Positions 20,773 through 31,619 of a stretch of DNA of 64,000 nucleotides are shown here, piece after piece. The stretch is from Truepera sp. (lineage in GTDB: Bacteria; Deinococcota; Deinococci; Deinococcales; Trueperaceae), in contig CBDCKW010000009.1 of NCBI GenBank assembly GCA_965218435.1, positions 2,816,001 to 2,880,000 on the forward strand. The letters run 5' to 3'. The first letter of the stretch is position 1. The number at the start of each line of letters is the position of its first letter. The translations under genes were made by a program, and so were the position numbers. The notes below the pieces were generated by a model. It did no database searches. It worked only from the letters and a program-made list of their open reading frames with translations, and had not been told where the DNA came from.

Positions 20773-22369
20773 AAGGCTCTCCGGTCGTAGCCGCCGGATC
20801 GATACCGTCCGTCTTTGCACCTTCTGTTTCGGCACCAGTTGCAATCAAGTTCATCATCGCCGCCTCGCTGACCTCATCGCCGCCGAGTTCAGCGACGCTG
20901 ACACCGTCGCGGAGGACGACTACCCGGTCACAGCCTTCGCTGAGTTCTTCTAGCTCCGACGAGATCATCAGCACTCCGAGCCCCGACTCGGCCAGGTCGT
21001 CGATCAGTTTTTGGATTTCACCCTTGGCTCCTACGTCAATCCCCCGGGTCGGCTCGTCTAGGATCAGCAGCTTGGGGTTCAAACAGAGCCAGCGGGCGAG
21101 GAGAACTTTTTGCTGATTGCCCCCGGAAAGCTCGCCGATAGGTTGCTGCGCCCCCGCCGTTTTCACCCCCAGCTTTTCGATAAACGTTTCGACAATTTCA
21201 TGCTGGCGGGCGCGGTCAACCACGCCTGCGCGGGCGAGTTGAGGTAGCAACGCCAACGTCAAGTTTTCCTGGACCGACATCTGCGGGATAATACCCTCGG
21301 CTTTACGGTCTTCTGAGCAAAAGCCGATGCCCGCGCGAATCGCGTCGGCGGGCGTGTCAAACTGAGCAGCTTGCCCAGCAAACGTCACAGTGCCTTCTTG
21401 AAGCGTATCCGCGCCGAAAATCAGCCGCGCCGTTTCAGTGCGGCCCGCACCTAAAAGCCCGGCTAAACCGACGATTTCGCCACTGCCGACGCTCACATTC
21501 ACGCCGCGCACTTTGGGTTGGTGAGTCAGGTTCTGCGCCTCGAGCAGCGTTTTAGCACCCCCACCATGACGCGTCTTAAAGGCCGTTTGGCCACCCTTGG
21601 CCACGTCTTGCGCATTTTTCCCGAGCATCTGCGCGACCAGCTCGAGCCGCCCCAGCGCGGCCATCTCCCCTGAAAAAACCGTCTCACCGTCACGCAACAC
21701 GGTAATCCGGTCACACACCGCGTAAAGCTCGTCCAGGCGGTGGGTGATAAAAAGCGTCGCCACCCCGTCAGCTTTAAGTTGCCGAATTACCCCGAAAAGC
21801 AGTTCGACCTCGCGGTCGTCGAGTGATGAGGTCGGTTCGTCCATCACCACGAGCCGCGTCTGAAACGACACGGCCCGCGCGATGGCGACCATCTGCTGCA
21901 CCGCGATATTGTAGGTGCCGAGCGGCTGCGTCACGTCAATATGGATGTTAAAGCGGGTCAGCAGCGCCTCGGCGTCACGGTTCATGGTGCGCCAGTTGAG
22001 GAGCCCCCAACGTTTGGGTTCGCGGCCCAAAAAAATATTTTCAGCGACCGAGCGGAGCGGCACGAGATTCACCTCTTGATAAATCGTGCTGATACCCGCC
22101 GCTTGTGCCGCGCCCGGTGAGGTGAAATCAACCTCTTGACCCAAAAACCGAACACTACCCGCGTCGCGGCGGTACGCCCCGGTCAGGATTTTAATCAGCG
22201 TTGATTTGCCCGCGCCGTTCTGCCCGACGAGCGCGTGAACCTCGCCGGGGGCGACGCTCAGCCGCGCCTCATTCAGTGCTCGAACACCGCCAAAAGCCTT
22301 GATGACGCCCCCAACCTCGAGCAGCGTCCCGGTTTCGGGGGTTTGGTGAACGGTTACAGAACGGGTCAC
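20762..22369 (-). CDS. Sugar ABC transporter ATP-binding protein (YtfR/RbsA-like, two NBDs)
   Basis: GQNGAGKST, MDEPTSSL, LSGGNQQKV, DEPTRGIDVGAK. Confidence 0.93.
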   Translation of the reverse strand: MTRSVTVHQTPETGTLLEVGGVIKAFGGVRALNEARLSVAPGEVHALVGQNGAGKSTLIKILTGAYRRDAGSVRFLGQEVDFTSPGAAQAAGISTIYQEVNLVPLRSVAENIFLGREPKRWGLLNWRTMNRDAEALLTRFNIHIDVTQPLGTYNIAVQQMVAIARAVSFQTRLVVMDEPTSSLDDREVELLFGVIRQLKADGVATLFITHRLDELYAVCDRITVLRDGETVFSGEMAALGRLELVAQMLGKNAQDVAKGGQTAFKTRHGGGAKTLLEAQNLTHQPKVRGVNVSVGSGEIVGLAGLLGAGRTETARLIFGADTLQEGTVTFAGQAAQFDTPADAIRAGIGFCSEDRKAEGIIPQMSVQENLTLALLPQLARAGVVDRARQHEIVETFIEKLGVKTAGAQQPIGELSGGNQQKVLLARWLCLNPKLLILDEPTRGIDVGAKGEIQKLIDDLAESGLGVLMISSELEELSEGCDRVVVLRDGVSVAELGGDEVSEAAMMNLIATGAETEGAKTDGIDPAATTGEPYAS

Positions 22370-22493
22370 ACGGTTTCCAAAACAGCTCTCAGCCTAAATG
22401 TTGTTACACATGTTGTCATAAACGTCATTGCAAGCGTCATCAGCGGGTCCTCGTAAAATACAGCAGATATTTCTCGTGTGAACTTCACGCGTA

Positions 22494-22520
22494 AACAGGC
22501 AGGGCGAACCCTGCCTGTAA
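22494..22520 (-). terminator. Stem-loop after the binding-protein gene
   Basis: ACAGGCAGGG/CCCTGCCTGT inverted repeat, followed by a T-run on the minus strand. Confidence 0.65.
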
Positions 22521-22539
22521 GTTAGGTAAAACCTAGGTA

Positions 22540-23493
22540 CTAGTACGCGCCTGCGAGACCCTCGGCGGCGTTCGCGGCGGTGTAGTCACGGTCTTCGAGG
22601 ATGAGTTTAGGCGGAATTGTTTCGCCGCTGGCGTAAGACGCCAGCGTATCAAAGGCGATCGGCCCGAAGCGCGGGTTTGATTCAACAACGTAGTTGATTT
22701 TGCCGTCAACCACGAGTTGCACCGCTTCTTTACCGCCGTCAATCGAGAGCACCATCACATCTTTGCCGGGGGTGCGGCCCGCCGCCTCGAGCGCGGCTAC
22801 GGCCCCAATCGCCATCTCGTCGTTGTGCGCGTAGACGACGTTCACCTCCGGATGCGCTTGCAGCAAAGTTTCCATTACCTGACGACCGGTGTCACGCGCA
22901 AAGTCACCGGACTGCGACGCAACAATCGTCATGTTGTCATGCTGGGCGATCACGTCGTCAAAACCTTTTTTACGGTCGTTGGCGGGCGAGGAACCGGTTG
23001 TGCCCTCGAGCTCGATAATCTTGACGTCACCGCTCGAGTTCTCGACTAGCCAGTCGGCGACGCGTTGCCCCTGCTGAATAAAGTCCGACCCGATAAAGGT
23101 CACGTAGTCTTGACCGGCTTCGGCGATCGACTGATCGACATTACGGTCGAGCAAAATCACCGGAATCCCAGCGTTTTTCGCCTCCATGACCACGGGTGCA
23201 AGTGGCTTTTCTTCGCGGGGCGCTAAAAAGATCATGTCCACGCCTTGGGCAATCATCGAACGCACGTCGGCTACCTGTTTGGCCGCCGACCCTGCCGCGT
23301 CGGTATAGACGAGCTGATCGCCGCGTTCTTTGGCTGTTTCTTGCATCGAATTGGTTTCGGCGATACGCCAGGGGTTGTTGCTCTCGGTTTGGGCAAAACC
23401 AACCGTGTAGCTGTCCTGCTTTTCCAACGCCGGGGGTTGCGCGAAGGCAGCGCCCAAGAGTAGCAAGCTTAAAAGTCCACAAATTCGTTTCAT
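22540..23493 (-). CDS. Sugar ABC transporter substrate-binding protein (YtfQ-like, galactofuranose/arabinose type)
   Basis: VGFAQTESNNPWR, IPVILLDR, HNDEMAIGA; N-terminal signal peptide. Confidence 0.85.
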   Translation of the reverse strand: MKRICGLLSLLLLGAAFAQPPALEKQDSYTVGFAQTESNNPWRIAETNSMQETAKERGDQLVYTDAAGSAAKQVADVRSMIAQGVDMIFLAPREEKPLAPVVMEAKNAGIPVILLDRNVDQSIAEAGQDYVTFIGSDFIQQGQRVADWLVENSSGDVKIIELEGTTGSSPANDRKKGFDDVIAQHDNMTIVASQSGDFARDTGRQVMETLLQAHPEVNVVYAHNDEMAIGAVAALEAAGRTPGKDVMVLSIDGGKEAVQLVVDGKINYVVESNPRFGPIAFDTLASYASGETIPPKLILEDRDYTAANAAEGLAGAY

Positions 23494-23817
23494 ATCCGTT
23501 CCTTTCGTCGTGCTCCTAGGGAGTAAGTAGAGCACTGAGCAAACCTGAAGGGCCAACCAGCCGGTAGTAACGACGCCTCCTAAAAACAGATGATTGACCG
23601 GGTGCAAGCCCGTAGGTATACGAACAATTTATCCGGCGCTCGCATAAAAGTCAAGTTTTTTGGTGCTAAAGTCTTCATCTAACCGTAGCTGCGAGGTTAC
23701 GCTTGCTACGCGCTACCAGCTAAAGACGAGAAAAAGCGTTACCGTACGGTTTCTTTTTAGCCGGTTATGTGAAAGAATAGGTCAAAATATTTTACGGAAT
23801 GGATAGTTATCATTCGT

Positions 23818-24792
23818 TTGGAGCAGCTGATGATTGTAGCCGGGAATAAAACGCTGACGGTTGATGGGGACGGAGCCCTTGGTGTACTGCAAGCTTTAAG
23901 TTCAGAGACGCGCCTGTTGATGCTGAGTTTGCTGTCGCACCGCGTGATGAACGTCTCCGACCTGACCAAGGCGCTGGGATTGCCGCACTCGACCGTTAAC
24001 TTTAACTTAAAGCAGCTCGAGGAGGCCGGACTTTTGCAGGTGCAGTACACCCCCGGTACCCGTGGGCGGCAAAAACTTATCTCAAAACGTTACGACGAGG
24101 TGCTCTTAAAACTCCCCGGTATCGGGATTGAAAGCTCACCGGACGTGGTCGAGGTCTCGATGCCGATCGGTAACTTTAAGCGGTTCGAGGTGCGGCCCAC
24201 CTGCGGGCTCGCGTCCGAGCGTAAATTTATCGGGATGATTGACGACCCGCGCAGCTTTTACGAACCCGAACACGTCTTCGCGCAGATTTTGTGGTTTCGT
24301 GAAGGTTTTGTCGAGTACGACTTTCCCAACAACGTCCCTTACGGCGCGTCGGCGACCGACCTCGAGTTATCCGTTGAACTCTGCTCCGAAGCGCCCGAAT
24401 ACGACCTCGACTGGCCCTCGGACATCACCTTATGGATCAATAATATTGAACTCGGAACCTGGACGGTACCGGGCGACTACGGCGGTGAACGTGGTCGCCT
24501 GACGCCCCCGTGGTGGCAGACCGAGCAGACGCAGTACGGCCTTCTGACGCAGTGGCGCGTCACGGGGCACGGCGTAACGGTCGGCGATAAAAAACTCTCG
24601 AGCCTGACCTTAAACGACCTGAATCTAGACGCGCACAACCATATCTCGGTGCGGTTCGGCATCAAAGCTGACGCGGCGCATGTCGGCGGCGTCAATCTCT
24701 TTGGCCGTAAGTTCGGCAATCATCCGCAAGACCTGCTCCTCCACACCCGTTACGCGTTTCGTGAAGGGGAGCGGCCTTACAAGCTCAAGTAG
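23818..24792 (+). CDS. ArsR-type HTH transcriptional regulator with C-terminal sensing domain
   Basis: ALSSETRL...LEEAGLL N-terminal HTH, PTCGL and WPSDIT motifs; divergent from the sugar ABC operon. Confidence 0.8.
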   Translation: MEQLMIVAGNKTLTVDGDGALGVLQALSSETRLLMLSLLSHRVMNVSDLTKALGLPHSTVNFNLKQLEEAGLLQVQYTPGTRGRQKLISKRYDEVLLKLPGIGIESSPDVVEVSMPIGNFKRFEVRPTCGLASERKFIGMIDDPRSFYEPEHVFAQILWFREGFVEYDFPNNVPYGASATDLELSVELCSEAPEYDLDWPSDITLWINNIELGTWTVPGDYGGERGRLTPPWWQTEQTQYGLLTQWRVTGHGVTVGDKKLSSLTLNDLNLDAHNHISVRFGIKADAAHVGGVNLFGRKFGNHPQDLLLHTRYAFREGERPYKLK

Positions 24793-24795
24793 CCG

Positions 24796-25761
24796 TCAAT
24801 GCGTCAACGGCTCAGCGTTACGGACACAAGCGGTCTCGAGCGCTTGAACTCGAGACGTCACCCGGTAGCGGCCGGGTGGCTGCGAACGGGCACGGCTGAA
24901 AGCGCGGCTAAAGGCGTAAACAGAGGTGTACCCGACAGCAGCGGCGACGGTCTCCAAGTCGTCATCGGTATCCCTAAGCCTCAGGGCCGCAAGGTCCATA
25001 CGCCACCTCTTGAGGTAAGCCGCAGGCGTTTGACCGATTACAGTGGGAAAGCGCCGCGACAACGTAGCTCGGGACACGTGAATCTCTGCCGCTAGGTCGG
25101 CGGTCGTCCAGTCCCTGGCGGGGTCTTGGTGAAGTTTGGTCAGTGCTTTTTGAATCATAGGGTCACCGAGTACCCCCAGCCAGGTGCCCTCTAATTGAGC
25201 GGGTTGAGTCTCGAGCCACACCCGCAAAAGCTGAATCAGCAAGATATCAACCAAACTGTTGAGGACGACCTCGGTGGCCAGTTGCGGGTACGCCAGCTCC
25301 CTCGCCAGGAGCCGCACTGTATCGCCCAGAGAGCTGCCGCCGTGGTCGGCGCGGAGGTGAACGACCTCGGGCAGTAGGGTCAAAAGCTGAGTCGAGACCG
25401 CCGGGTCATGTTGATAGTGTGCACAGAGAATATGTGTCTGAACCGGCCCGGAACCGATCCTTACAAGCCTACCGTCAGACCACCGTAAGGCCGCGTTGGG
25501 ATCGCCGGGGAGCGGCACACTGCCGGGGTCACTCGACAAACTGTGTTCCGTACCCGACGGCAGCAAAACGACGTCACCCGGCATCAGTTGTCTCGGCGGC
25601 TGACCGCTCAGGCTAAGCCAAACGGTGCCGGAGGTAACCGCGTGAAACGCAGCTCCAGGAAGGTCATGGGTCCGCCAGCCCCACGCGGCCCCAGCCTCGA
25701 TACGGGCCGCGACAGTACCGCGCACGCCGGACACCGCGAGCACCTCGGCAAGTAAATCCAT
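24796..25761 (-). CDS. AraC family regulator with cupin domain
   Basis: C-terminal SRATLSRRF...VGYTSVYAFSRAF double HTH. Confidence 0.9.
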   Translation of the reverse strand: MDLLAEVLAVSGVRGTVAARIEAGAAWGWRTHDLPGAAFHAVTSGTVWLSLSGQPPRQLMPGDVVLLPSGTEHSLSSDPGSVPLPGDPNAALRWSDGRLVRIGSGPVQTHILCAHYQHDPAVSTQLLTLLPEVVHLRADHGGSSLGDTVRLLARELAYPQLATEVVLNSLVDILLIQLLRVWLETQPAQLEGTWLGVLGDPMIQKALTKLHQDPARDWTTADLAAEIHVSRATLSRRFPTVIGQTPAAYLKRWRMDLAALRLRDTDDDLETVAAAVGYTSVYAFSRAFSRARSQPPGRYRVTSRVQALETACVRNAEPLTH

Positions 25762-25956
25762 AAGCGCAAGATACTAAAAACGAATCTGAGAAGCAAGCGG
25801 TTGCAAAACCTAGCTGAGCAGAAACGTCACATTGTTGAGGCATTTAGATATTAAATTGACTCAGATAAGCATTGTAACGATCATTTTAAGATGCATATAA
25901 TAATCCGTGTCGGCGGCGTCAGTCACCCCTAGCCCGACAGTTAATAGGAGTTCGTT

Positions 25957-26661
25957 ATGAAATTATCCGGTAGTACAGCCCTCGTCACCGGAGCCAACCG
26001 AGGTTTGGGCCGACAGTTTGCCGAACAGCTGCTTGGGCGAGGCGCGAAGGTCTACGCAACAGCGCGTAATCCTGAACGTATAGACGTCCCCGGCGTCGAG
26101 ACCCTACAACTCGACATCACCGATGCAGCGTCCGTTGCCGCAGCAGCGGCGGCAGCTCCCGACGTCAACCTAATTATCAACAACGCCGGTGTCATGACCT
26201 CTCAAAACCTGGTGACCGGCGACTTGGGGAACATCCGGCTCGAGATGGAGACGGCCTACTTCGGTACACTCAATATAGTTCGGGCGTTTGCCCCCAGCTT
26301 GGCGGCAAACGGCGGCGGGGCGATCCTCAACGTCTTGTCGGCGCTGTCATGGTTTTCTTACGACGGTACGAACGCTTACAGCGCGGCCAAGGCTGCCGAG
26401 TGGAGTCTGACCAATGGGATTCGCCTCGAGCTTGCAGGGCAAAAAACATTGGTTACAGGGTTGCATCTAGGCGCTGCCGATACCGACATGATGGCTGGCT
26501 ACGAGGGGGAAAAGAGCGACCCCGCCGACATCGTACGCACCGCACTAGGCGGCCTCGAGGCGGGTAAGCTAGAGGTTCTCGCTGACGACTGGAGCACCTA
26601 CATCAAGGCTTCGTTAGCTGGTGATCCAAAAAACTTTTACTTTCCCGAGCCGGTCACCTGA
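25957..26661 (+). CDS. Short-chain dehydrogenase/reductase
   Basis: TGANRGLG, NNAG, YSAAK. Confidence 0.92.
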   Translation: MKLSGSTALVTGANRGLGRQFAEQLLGRGAKVYATARNPERIDVPGVETLQLDITDAASVAAAAAAAPDVNLIINNAGVMTSQNLVTGDLGNIRLEMETAYFGTLNIVRAFAPSLAANGGGAILNVLSALSWFSYDGTNAYSAAKAAEWSLTNGIRLELAGQKTLVTGLHLGAADTDMMAGYEGEKSDPADIVRTALGGLEAGKLEVLADDWSTYIKASLAGDPKNFYFPEPVT

Positions 26662-26695
26662 ACAGGTCGTAAGCCTGTCTACTGCTGTAGATACC

Positions 26696-26727
26696 AGACC
26701 ACCTCTCAGCAGCGGGAGGTGGTTTTA
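26696..26727 (+). terminator. Intrinsic terminator after SDR
   Basis: ACCACCTC...GAGGTGGT then TTT. Confidence 0.7.
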
Positions 26728-27113
26728 CCTTGGCCGCCGAGTGGGTTTTTTTAGCTGCGGCTTACTATGAACCGGGCTCGCGCTCTACCTTTGGCAAGTG
26801 CTGCACTAAACCCGTCCATCCACAAACGCATGTTAGAGACTTCGGCGTCCCTAATGAGCGCACCGACACGGGTGTGACCGAGCAGAGATGTTCAGCAGCC
26901 AGCTGACTGCCCAAACGGTTGTCTGCAGCGACCGACACTTAACCCGCTACGGGCCAATCTAAAAAACACGGGCGTCGCGCTGCGAGCTCGAGCAGCCCCG
27001 GATTTACGCTACACGGTTTATCGTCCTTCGCTGCGGCAGCTATTCAGCTGCTAGTTGTCTCTGAGAAAACGCCGTGAGCATACAGTCGCCCGCCGCTACG
27101 CTAAACTAGCCAG

Positions 27114-28493
27114 ATGGAGTTACCCGTTAATGTTTCACCTGAATTTCACGCTGATGGTCGCAGAGTGCACGTCATCACGCACGGCTGTCAGATGAACGAA
27201 TACGACACGCACACCGTTTTGTCCGAACTTGCGGCGGGTGGGCATCAGATTGTGGGCACCCCGGAAGACGCGGACGTGATTATCTTAAATACCTGCGCGG
27301 TACGCGGCAAACCCGTCCAAAAAGTCGTGACCATGTTAGGCGAATACCGCAAACAAAAACTTGCGGGACGTGACCTGACGGTCGGGATGATGGGCTGTTT
27401 GGCGCAGCTTGACGAGGGTCAAGAGATTGCCCGCAAGTTCGGGGTAGACATCTTGGTCGGGCCGGGGGCGATTACCGATATTTTAGAGGCGCTCGAGTCC
27501 GTTCAGCAAAGTCACAAGCCGTACTGGAGCCTTGAGTTCAAAGATAAACTGCACGAACACCTGACGCCTGCACCCAATACGCTAACCGGCTTTTTAACCA
27601 TCATGCGCGGGTGTAACCATCACTGCACCTACTGCATCGTCCCGCAAACGCGTGGGCCGGAGGTCTCGAGGTCACTGGAAAGCATCTTGTACGAAGCTAG
27701 AGCGATGCAAAAAAACGGCGTTCAAGAAATCTATCTGCTCGGGCAAAACGTCAATTCTTACGGCTTGGGCCGGGACGATTTACCGTCTTTTGCCGAGTTA
27801 CTCCGGCGCGTCGCCGACACCGGGATTCCGCGCGTTAAGTTTACGACCTCGCACCCGATGAACTTTACCTCGGATGTGATTGACGCGGTAGCCGAGCACG
27901 AAAACATCTGTAAATACATCCACCTGCCGGTGCAATCGGGGTCGGACCGGATTTTACGGCGAATGGCGCGTGAATACCGCCGCGAGCGTTATCTCGACAT
28001 CGTGACTGAGATCAAAGCCAAAATCCCGGATGTGGTGCTCTCGACTGACATCATCGTCGGCTTTCCCGGTGAGACCGAGGAAGATTTCGGGGCTACGGTG
28101 TCACTTTATGAAGAAGTGCAGTACGATACCGCCTATATGTTTATGTACTCGGCGCGGCCCGGTACCCCGTCGTATACACATTTTGATGATCAACCCAGAG
28201 CGGTTAAAACGGAAAGGCTCCAGCGGCTGATCGAACGGCAAAAATATTGGGCGCACCTGAAAAACCAGCGTTGGGTCGGGCGTGAGTTGCGCGTACTCAT
28301 CCGTGAGGCGGCGACCGACTCGCAGTACGTGGTTGGGCATTCGGATCAAAATCATACGGTCTTGGTGCCACGTGAGCAAGTGGGTGAGATGGGCCTTTAC
28401 AGCGTCAAAGTCGAGACGGCGACACCGCACACGCTTTACGGGAACGTTGCCGGAACGGTGCAGGAGAGTATTCTGCTGCTGATGGCGTCGTAA
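27114..28493 (+). CDS. miaB: tRNA-2-methylthio-N6-dimethylallyladenosine synthase
   Basis: [25 protein letters not shown] radical-SAM motif, [15 protein letters not shown]-terminal TRAM region. Confidence 0.95.
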   Translation: MELPVNVSPEFHADGRRVHVITHGCQMNEYDTHTVLSELAAGGHQIVGTPEDADVIILNTCAVRGKPVQKVVTMLGEYRKQKLAGRDLTVGMMGCLAQLDEGQEIARKFGVDILVGPGAITDILEALESVQQSHKPYWSLEFKDKLHEHLTPAPNTLTGFLTIMRGCNHHCTYCIVPQTRGPEVSRSLESILYEARAMQKNGVQEIYLLGQNVNSYGLGRDDLPSFAELLRRVADTGIPRVKFTTSHPMNFTSDVIDAVAEHENICKYIHLPVQSGSDRILRRMAREYRRERYLDIVTEIKAKIPDVVLSTDIIVGFPGETEEDFGATVSLYEEVQYDTAYMFMYSARPGTPSYTHFDDQPRAVKTERLQRLIERQKYWAHLKNQRWVGRELRVLIREAATDSQYVVGHSDQNHTVLVPREQVGEMGLYSVKVETATPHTLYGNVAGTVQESILLLMAS

Positions 28494-28494
28494 C

Positions 28495-28950
28495 TTGTCT
28501 GGCATAACGAGGGATTTTACGGCGACGACGTTCGTCGTCTGGCGGGGCGGCGTGCTCTTACACAAACACAAAAAGCTGGGGCACTGGTTTCCCCCCGGCG
28601 GCCACGTCGAACCGAACGAACTCCCTGATGACGCCGCTGTGCGCGAGGTGTTAGAAGAGTCGGGCGTGCCGGTCGCGTTGATCGGTGAACGGGCGCTCCC
28701 GCTCGCTGAACCCCGGCAGCTCGTTCGGCCCAGAGGGGTGCAGCTCGAGACCATCACGCTAGAGAACGGCGTACCAAGTCATGAGCATATTGACCTGATC
28801 TATTTTGCCCGGCCTCTCCCCCACTACAGCGGCAGCTTGCTCGAGGCAGATAAGACACTCGATTGGTATGGCAGCGAAGGCTTGGCAGGGCTCGAGCTGA
28901 CCGAGGAAATCCGCTACTGGACGACGCTCGCGCTGTTAGAACTCGGCTGA
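28495..28950 (+). CDS. NUDIX hydrolase
   Basis: PGGHVEPNE...REVLEESG, HEHIDLIY. Confidence 0.88.
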   Translation: MSGITRDFTATTFVVWRGGVLLHKHKKLGHWFPPGGHVEPNELPDDAAVREVLEESGVPVALIGERALPLAEPRQLVRPRGVQLETITLENGVPSHEHIDLIYFARPLPHYSGSLLEADKTLDWYGSEGLAGLELTEEIRYWTTLALLELG

Positions 28951-29033
28951 TATCTCTTCTGTTCAAGCTAGAAAGGGCTAGGGGAAACAACCAGCCATCA
29001 TCTTTACGTTGTGTTTTGAGGATCCACTTGACA

Positions 29034-29483
29034 CTACTCGGCTATGCCAACCTCTTTGCGAAACATATAGCTGGTTTTAGCCGGTTTGTAGCCCACAGCA
29101 GCGTAAAACTCGTGTGCGTCCAGCCAGTGTAAGCCTGAGCGCAGACGCAGCTCGAGGTAACCACGCGCCGCCGTCCATTTTTCAGCACGGCCGAGGAGTT
29201 GCCGACCGATACCCTGCCGCCTTGCCGACACGTCAACCACCAGGCCGCCGATTTCGGCGTAGCCGTCAGTCTCGAGTAATCCGACCCCGTAAACGTGAAT
29301 CCAGCCCACGACCTTTGCGCCTTGCACTACCACAAAAAGACCATCATCAGGGCTTTGGTGCAGCCTTAAAAATCGCTCTATCACTTGCGCTGTGCTCGAG
29401 CTGTAACCAAGCTGACCACTTAGTTCGGCGACCGCTTCAGCGTCCTCGAGGCGCATTTCATGCACTCCTATAGCCGAGCCCAT
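29034..29483 (-). CDS. GNAT acetyltransferase
   Basis: LVVD..ARRQGIG and AHEFY motifs; exact start uncertain. Confidence 0.85.
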   Translation of the reverse strand: MGSAIGVHEMRLEDAEAVAELSGQLGYSSSTAQVIERFLRLHQSPDDGLFVVVQGAKVVGWIHVYGVGLLETDGYAEIGGLVVDVSARRQGIGRQLLGRAEKWTAARGYLELRLRSGLHWLDAHEFYAAVGYKPAKTSYMFRKEVGIAE

Positions 29484-29487
29484 CAAC

Positions 29488-30456
29488 CTACGAAACGTTC
29501 TTAAGCCTCGGATCAAGCACATCCCGGATCGCGTCACCCAAGAGGTTGAAGCCGACAACTGACAGGAAAATCGCCAACCCCGGAAAGATGCTCATCCACG
29601 GCGCACGTGAGAACTGCCGGTAGCCGTCACGAATCATCACGCCCCATTCAGGGTTCGGGGGCTGTGCGCCGAGCCCTAAAAAGCCGAGTGCCGCCACCTC
29701 TAAAATCACCGAGCCAATCGAAAGCGTGAGCTGCACCATGATGGGCGACAAGCTGTTGGGGAAAATATGCCCGAAGACAATCCTCGGCCCCCCGCTCCCG
29801 AGCGCCTTAGCCGCCTGCACGTATTCAGAGCCGCGCAAACCTAGCACCACCGACCGCGTAATCCTGACGTAGCTGGGAATCTGGGTGATGCTGATGGCGA
29901 TCAGCGCGTTCGTCAAACTTGGGCCGAGCGTGGCGACGATGGCAATCGCCAGCAAAATCCCTGGAAATGCCTGTAAGATATCCATCAGCCAGACGACGAT
30001 CAGATCAACGCGCCCACCGACGTAGCCGGCAAAAAGCCCCAGCAGTACCCCGATAATAGACGAAATCGCAACTGCAGCAATCCCGATACGAAGGCTGATA
30101 CGTCCGCCGTGCCAGACCCGTATCAAGAGGTCGCGGCCGTTTTCGTCGGTACCAAAGGGCAGTGTCCAGCGGTCAATCTCCATATTCGCGTCGTCGCTGA
30201 GTTCGGTGCGTTCGGCGGCGCTCAGCGTCCACGACGGGGGCGAGAGCCGGAGCCGCAGGTTGCGGTCGGTTGTCGCGTCGTAGGGGCGCAACACGGGGGC
30301 GAGCAGCGACATCAGGACAAAAAAGAGTACAACGACCAAACCGACGACGCCGGTCGGATTACGAAAAAAGCGGCGCAGTGAGTCTTGTAAGAGCGAGCGG
30401 CTGCGCACTTCTTCTGGGTTCACCGGTGAACTCGTCGCAGCTGCGTCTATGCTCAT
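29488..30456 (-). CDS. Peptide ABC transporter permease (DppC-like)
   Basis: FGTDENGRD, EYVQAAKALG, LGFLGLGAQPPNPEWG. Confidence 0.92.
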   Translation of the reverse strand: MSIDAAATSSPVNPEEVRSRSLLQDSLRRFFRNPTGVVGLVVVLFFVLMSLLAPVLRPYDATTDRNLRLRLSPPSWTLSAAERTELSDDANMEIDRWTLPFGTDENGRDLLIRVWHGGRISLRIGIAAVAISSIIGVLLGLFAGYVGGRVDLIVVWLMDILQAFPGILLAIAIVATLGPSLTNALIAISITQIPSYVRITRSVVLGLRGSEYVQAAKALGSGGPRIVFGHIFPNSLSPIMVQLTLSIGSVILEVAALGFLGLGAQPPNPEWGVMIRDGYRQFSRAPWMSIFPGLAIFLSVVGFNLLGDAIRDVLDPRLKNVS

Positions 30457-30487
30457 AAATTCCCTACCGTTTTTGTCTGTATAGGCT

Positions 30488-31543
30488 TCATGTGTACTGG
30501 ATCCTCGGGTCAATCACAGCGTACGAGAGGTCAACGAGCAAGTTGACAACGACGAAAACAAACGCTACAAAAATGACCCCGCCTTGGACGACCGGGTAGT
30601 CTCTAGCGCCAATCGCGTCGTAAATCCATTTCCCGATCCCCGGCCACGAAAAAACCGTTTCAGTCAGAATTGCGCCCGATAACAGCGAGCCGAACGACAA
30701 CCCGACAACCGTCACCACCGGCAAGAGCGCGTTTCTGAGCGCGTGTTTGTTGACGACCAAACGCCGCGCCAACCCTTTGGCCTTAGCGGTGCGGACGTAG
30801 TCTTGACCCAACACCTCGAGCATCGCACTCCGCGTCATCCGCACGATAATCGCTAACGGAATCGTTCCGAGGGCAATCCCCGGCAAGATCAGGTGCCGCA
30901 GCGCGTCCCACGACACGGCGGGCCGTCCCCGGAGGAGGCCGTCGAGCACATATAACCCTGTCACAGGCTGAAAACTGAGCGACACGTCGAGCCGCCCCGA
31001 GGGGGGCAACCAACCCAAGTTGACCGCGAACACATAGATCAAGATAATCGCCAGCCAAAAGACCGGAAACGACACCCCGGACAGTGCGCCGATCATCAAT
31101 AGGGTGTCTACAAAACTGCCTCGGTACAGCGCGGCCAACACGCCTGCCGGAATCCCTAAGACGAGCGCAAAAAGCATAGCGATCAGGGTCAGCTCGAGCG
31201 TTGCCGGAAACCGCCGCCGCAAACTCTCGCCCACGTCAAGCCGTGAAAAGTACGAACGTCCGAGGTCACCGGTGAGCGCCCCACCGACAAAATCAAAATA
31301 TTGCGAATCAAAAAAGTTGAGCGGTTTCCCGGTCTCAGCAGCCTCTGCCGGGTTAAAAAATAAGGGTTGGTTAAGACCTAACTGCTCTTGCAGCCGCGCC
31401 CGCGCTTCGGGCGTCGCCCGCTCGCCCAAAATAAGGAGCGCCGGGTCCGCCGGGATAATTCGCGTCAAGGTAAATACCAACAAGCTGACACCGAACAAGA
31501 CCGGGATGAGACCTAAGATGCGCCGAAAAATATACTGCGTCAA
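30488..31543 (-). CDS. Peptide ABC transporter permease (DppB-like)
   Basis: FPATLEL, DYVRTAKAKG, HALRNALLP, DPRI. Confidence 0.92.
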   Translation of the reverse strand: MTQYIFRRILGLIPVLFGVSLLVFTLTRIIPADPALLILGERATPEARARLQEQLGLNQPLFFNPAEAAETGKPLNFFDSQYFDFVGGALTGDLGRSYFSRLDVGESLRRRFPATLELTLIAMLFALVLGIPAGVLAALYRGSFVDTLLMIGALSGVSFPVFWLAIILIYVFAVNLGWLPPSGRLDVSLSFQPVTGLYVLDGLLRGRPAVSWDALRHLILPGIALGTIPLAIIVRMTRSAMLEVLGQDYVRTAKAKGLARRLVVNKHALRNALLPVVTVVGLSFGSLLSGAILTETVFSWPGIGKWIYDAIGARDYPVVQGGVIFVAFVFVVVNLLVDLSYAVIDPRIQYT

Positions 31544-31619
31544 GCGTGCACCTCGCTAGTAGAAAAAATAAGGATGCGGCAAAATAGTGCGGGCCAGCCT
31601 CAGCTGGCCCGGTAAAGAC

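Noticed and set aside
14485..28493. Cytokinin pathway (LOG plus miaB)
   Set aside because: Both are common genes, about 12 kb apart and not co-operonic.
17661..28757. Long antisense ORFs (e.g. 17661-18257, 28101-28757)
   Set aside because: Shadows of comF and miaB/NUDIX in GC-rich DNA with no motifs of their own.
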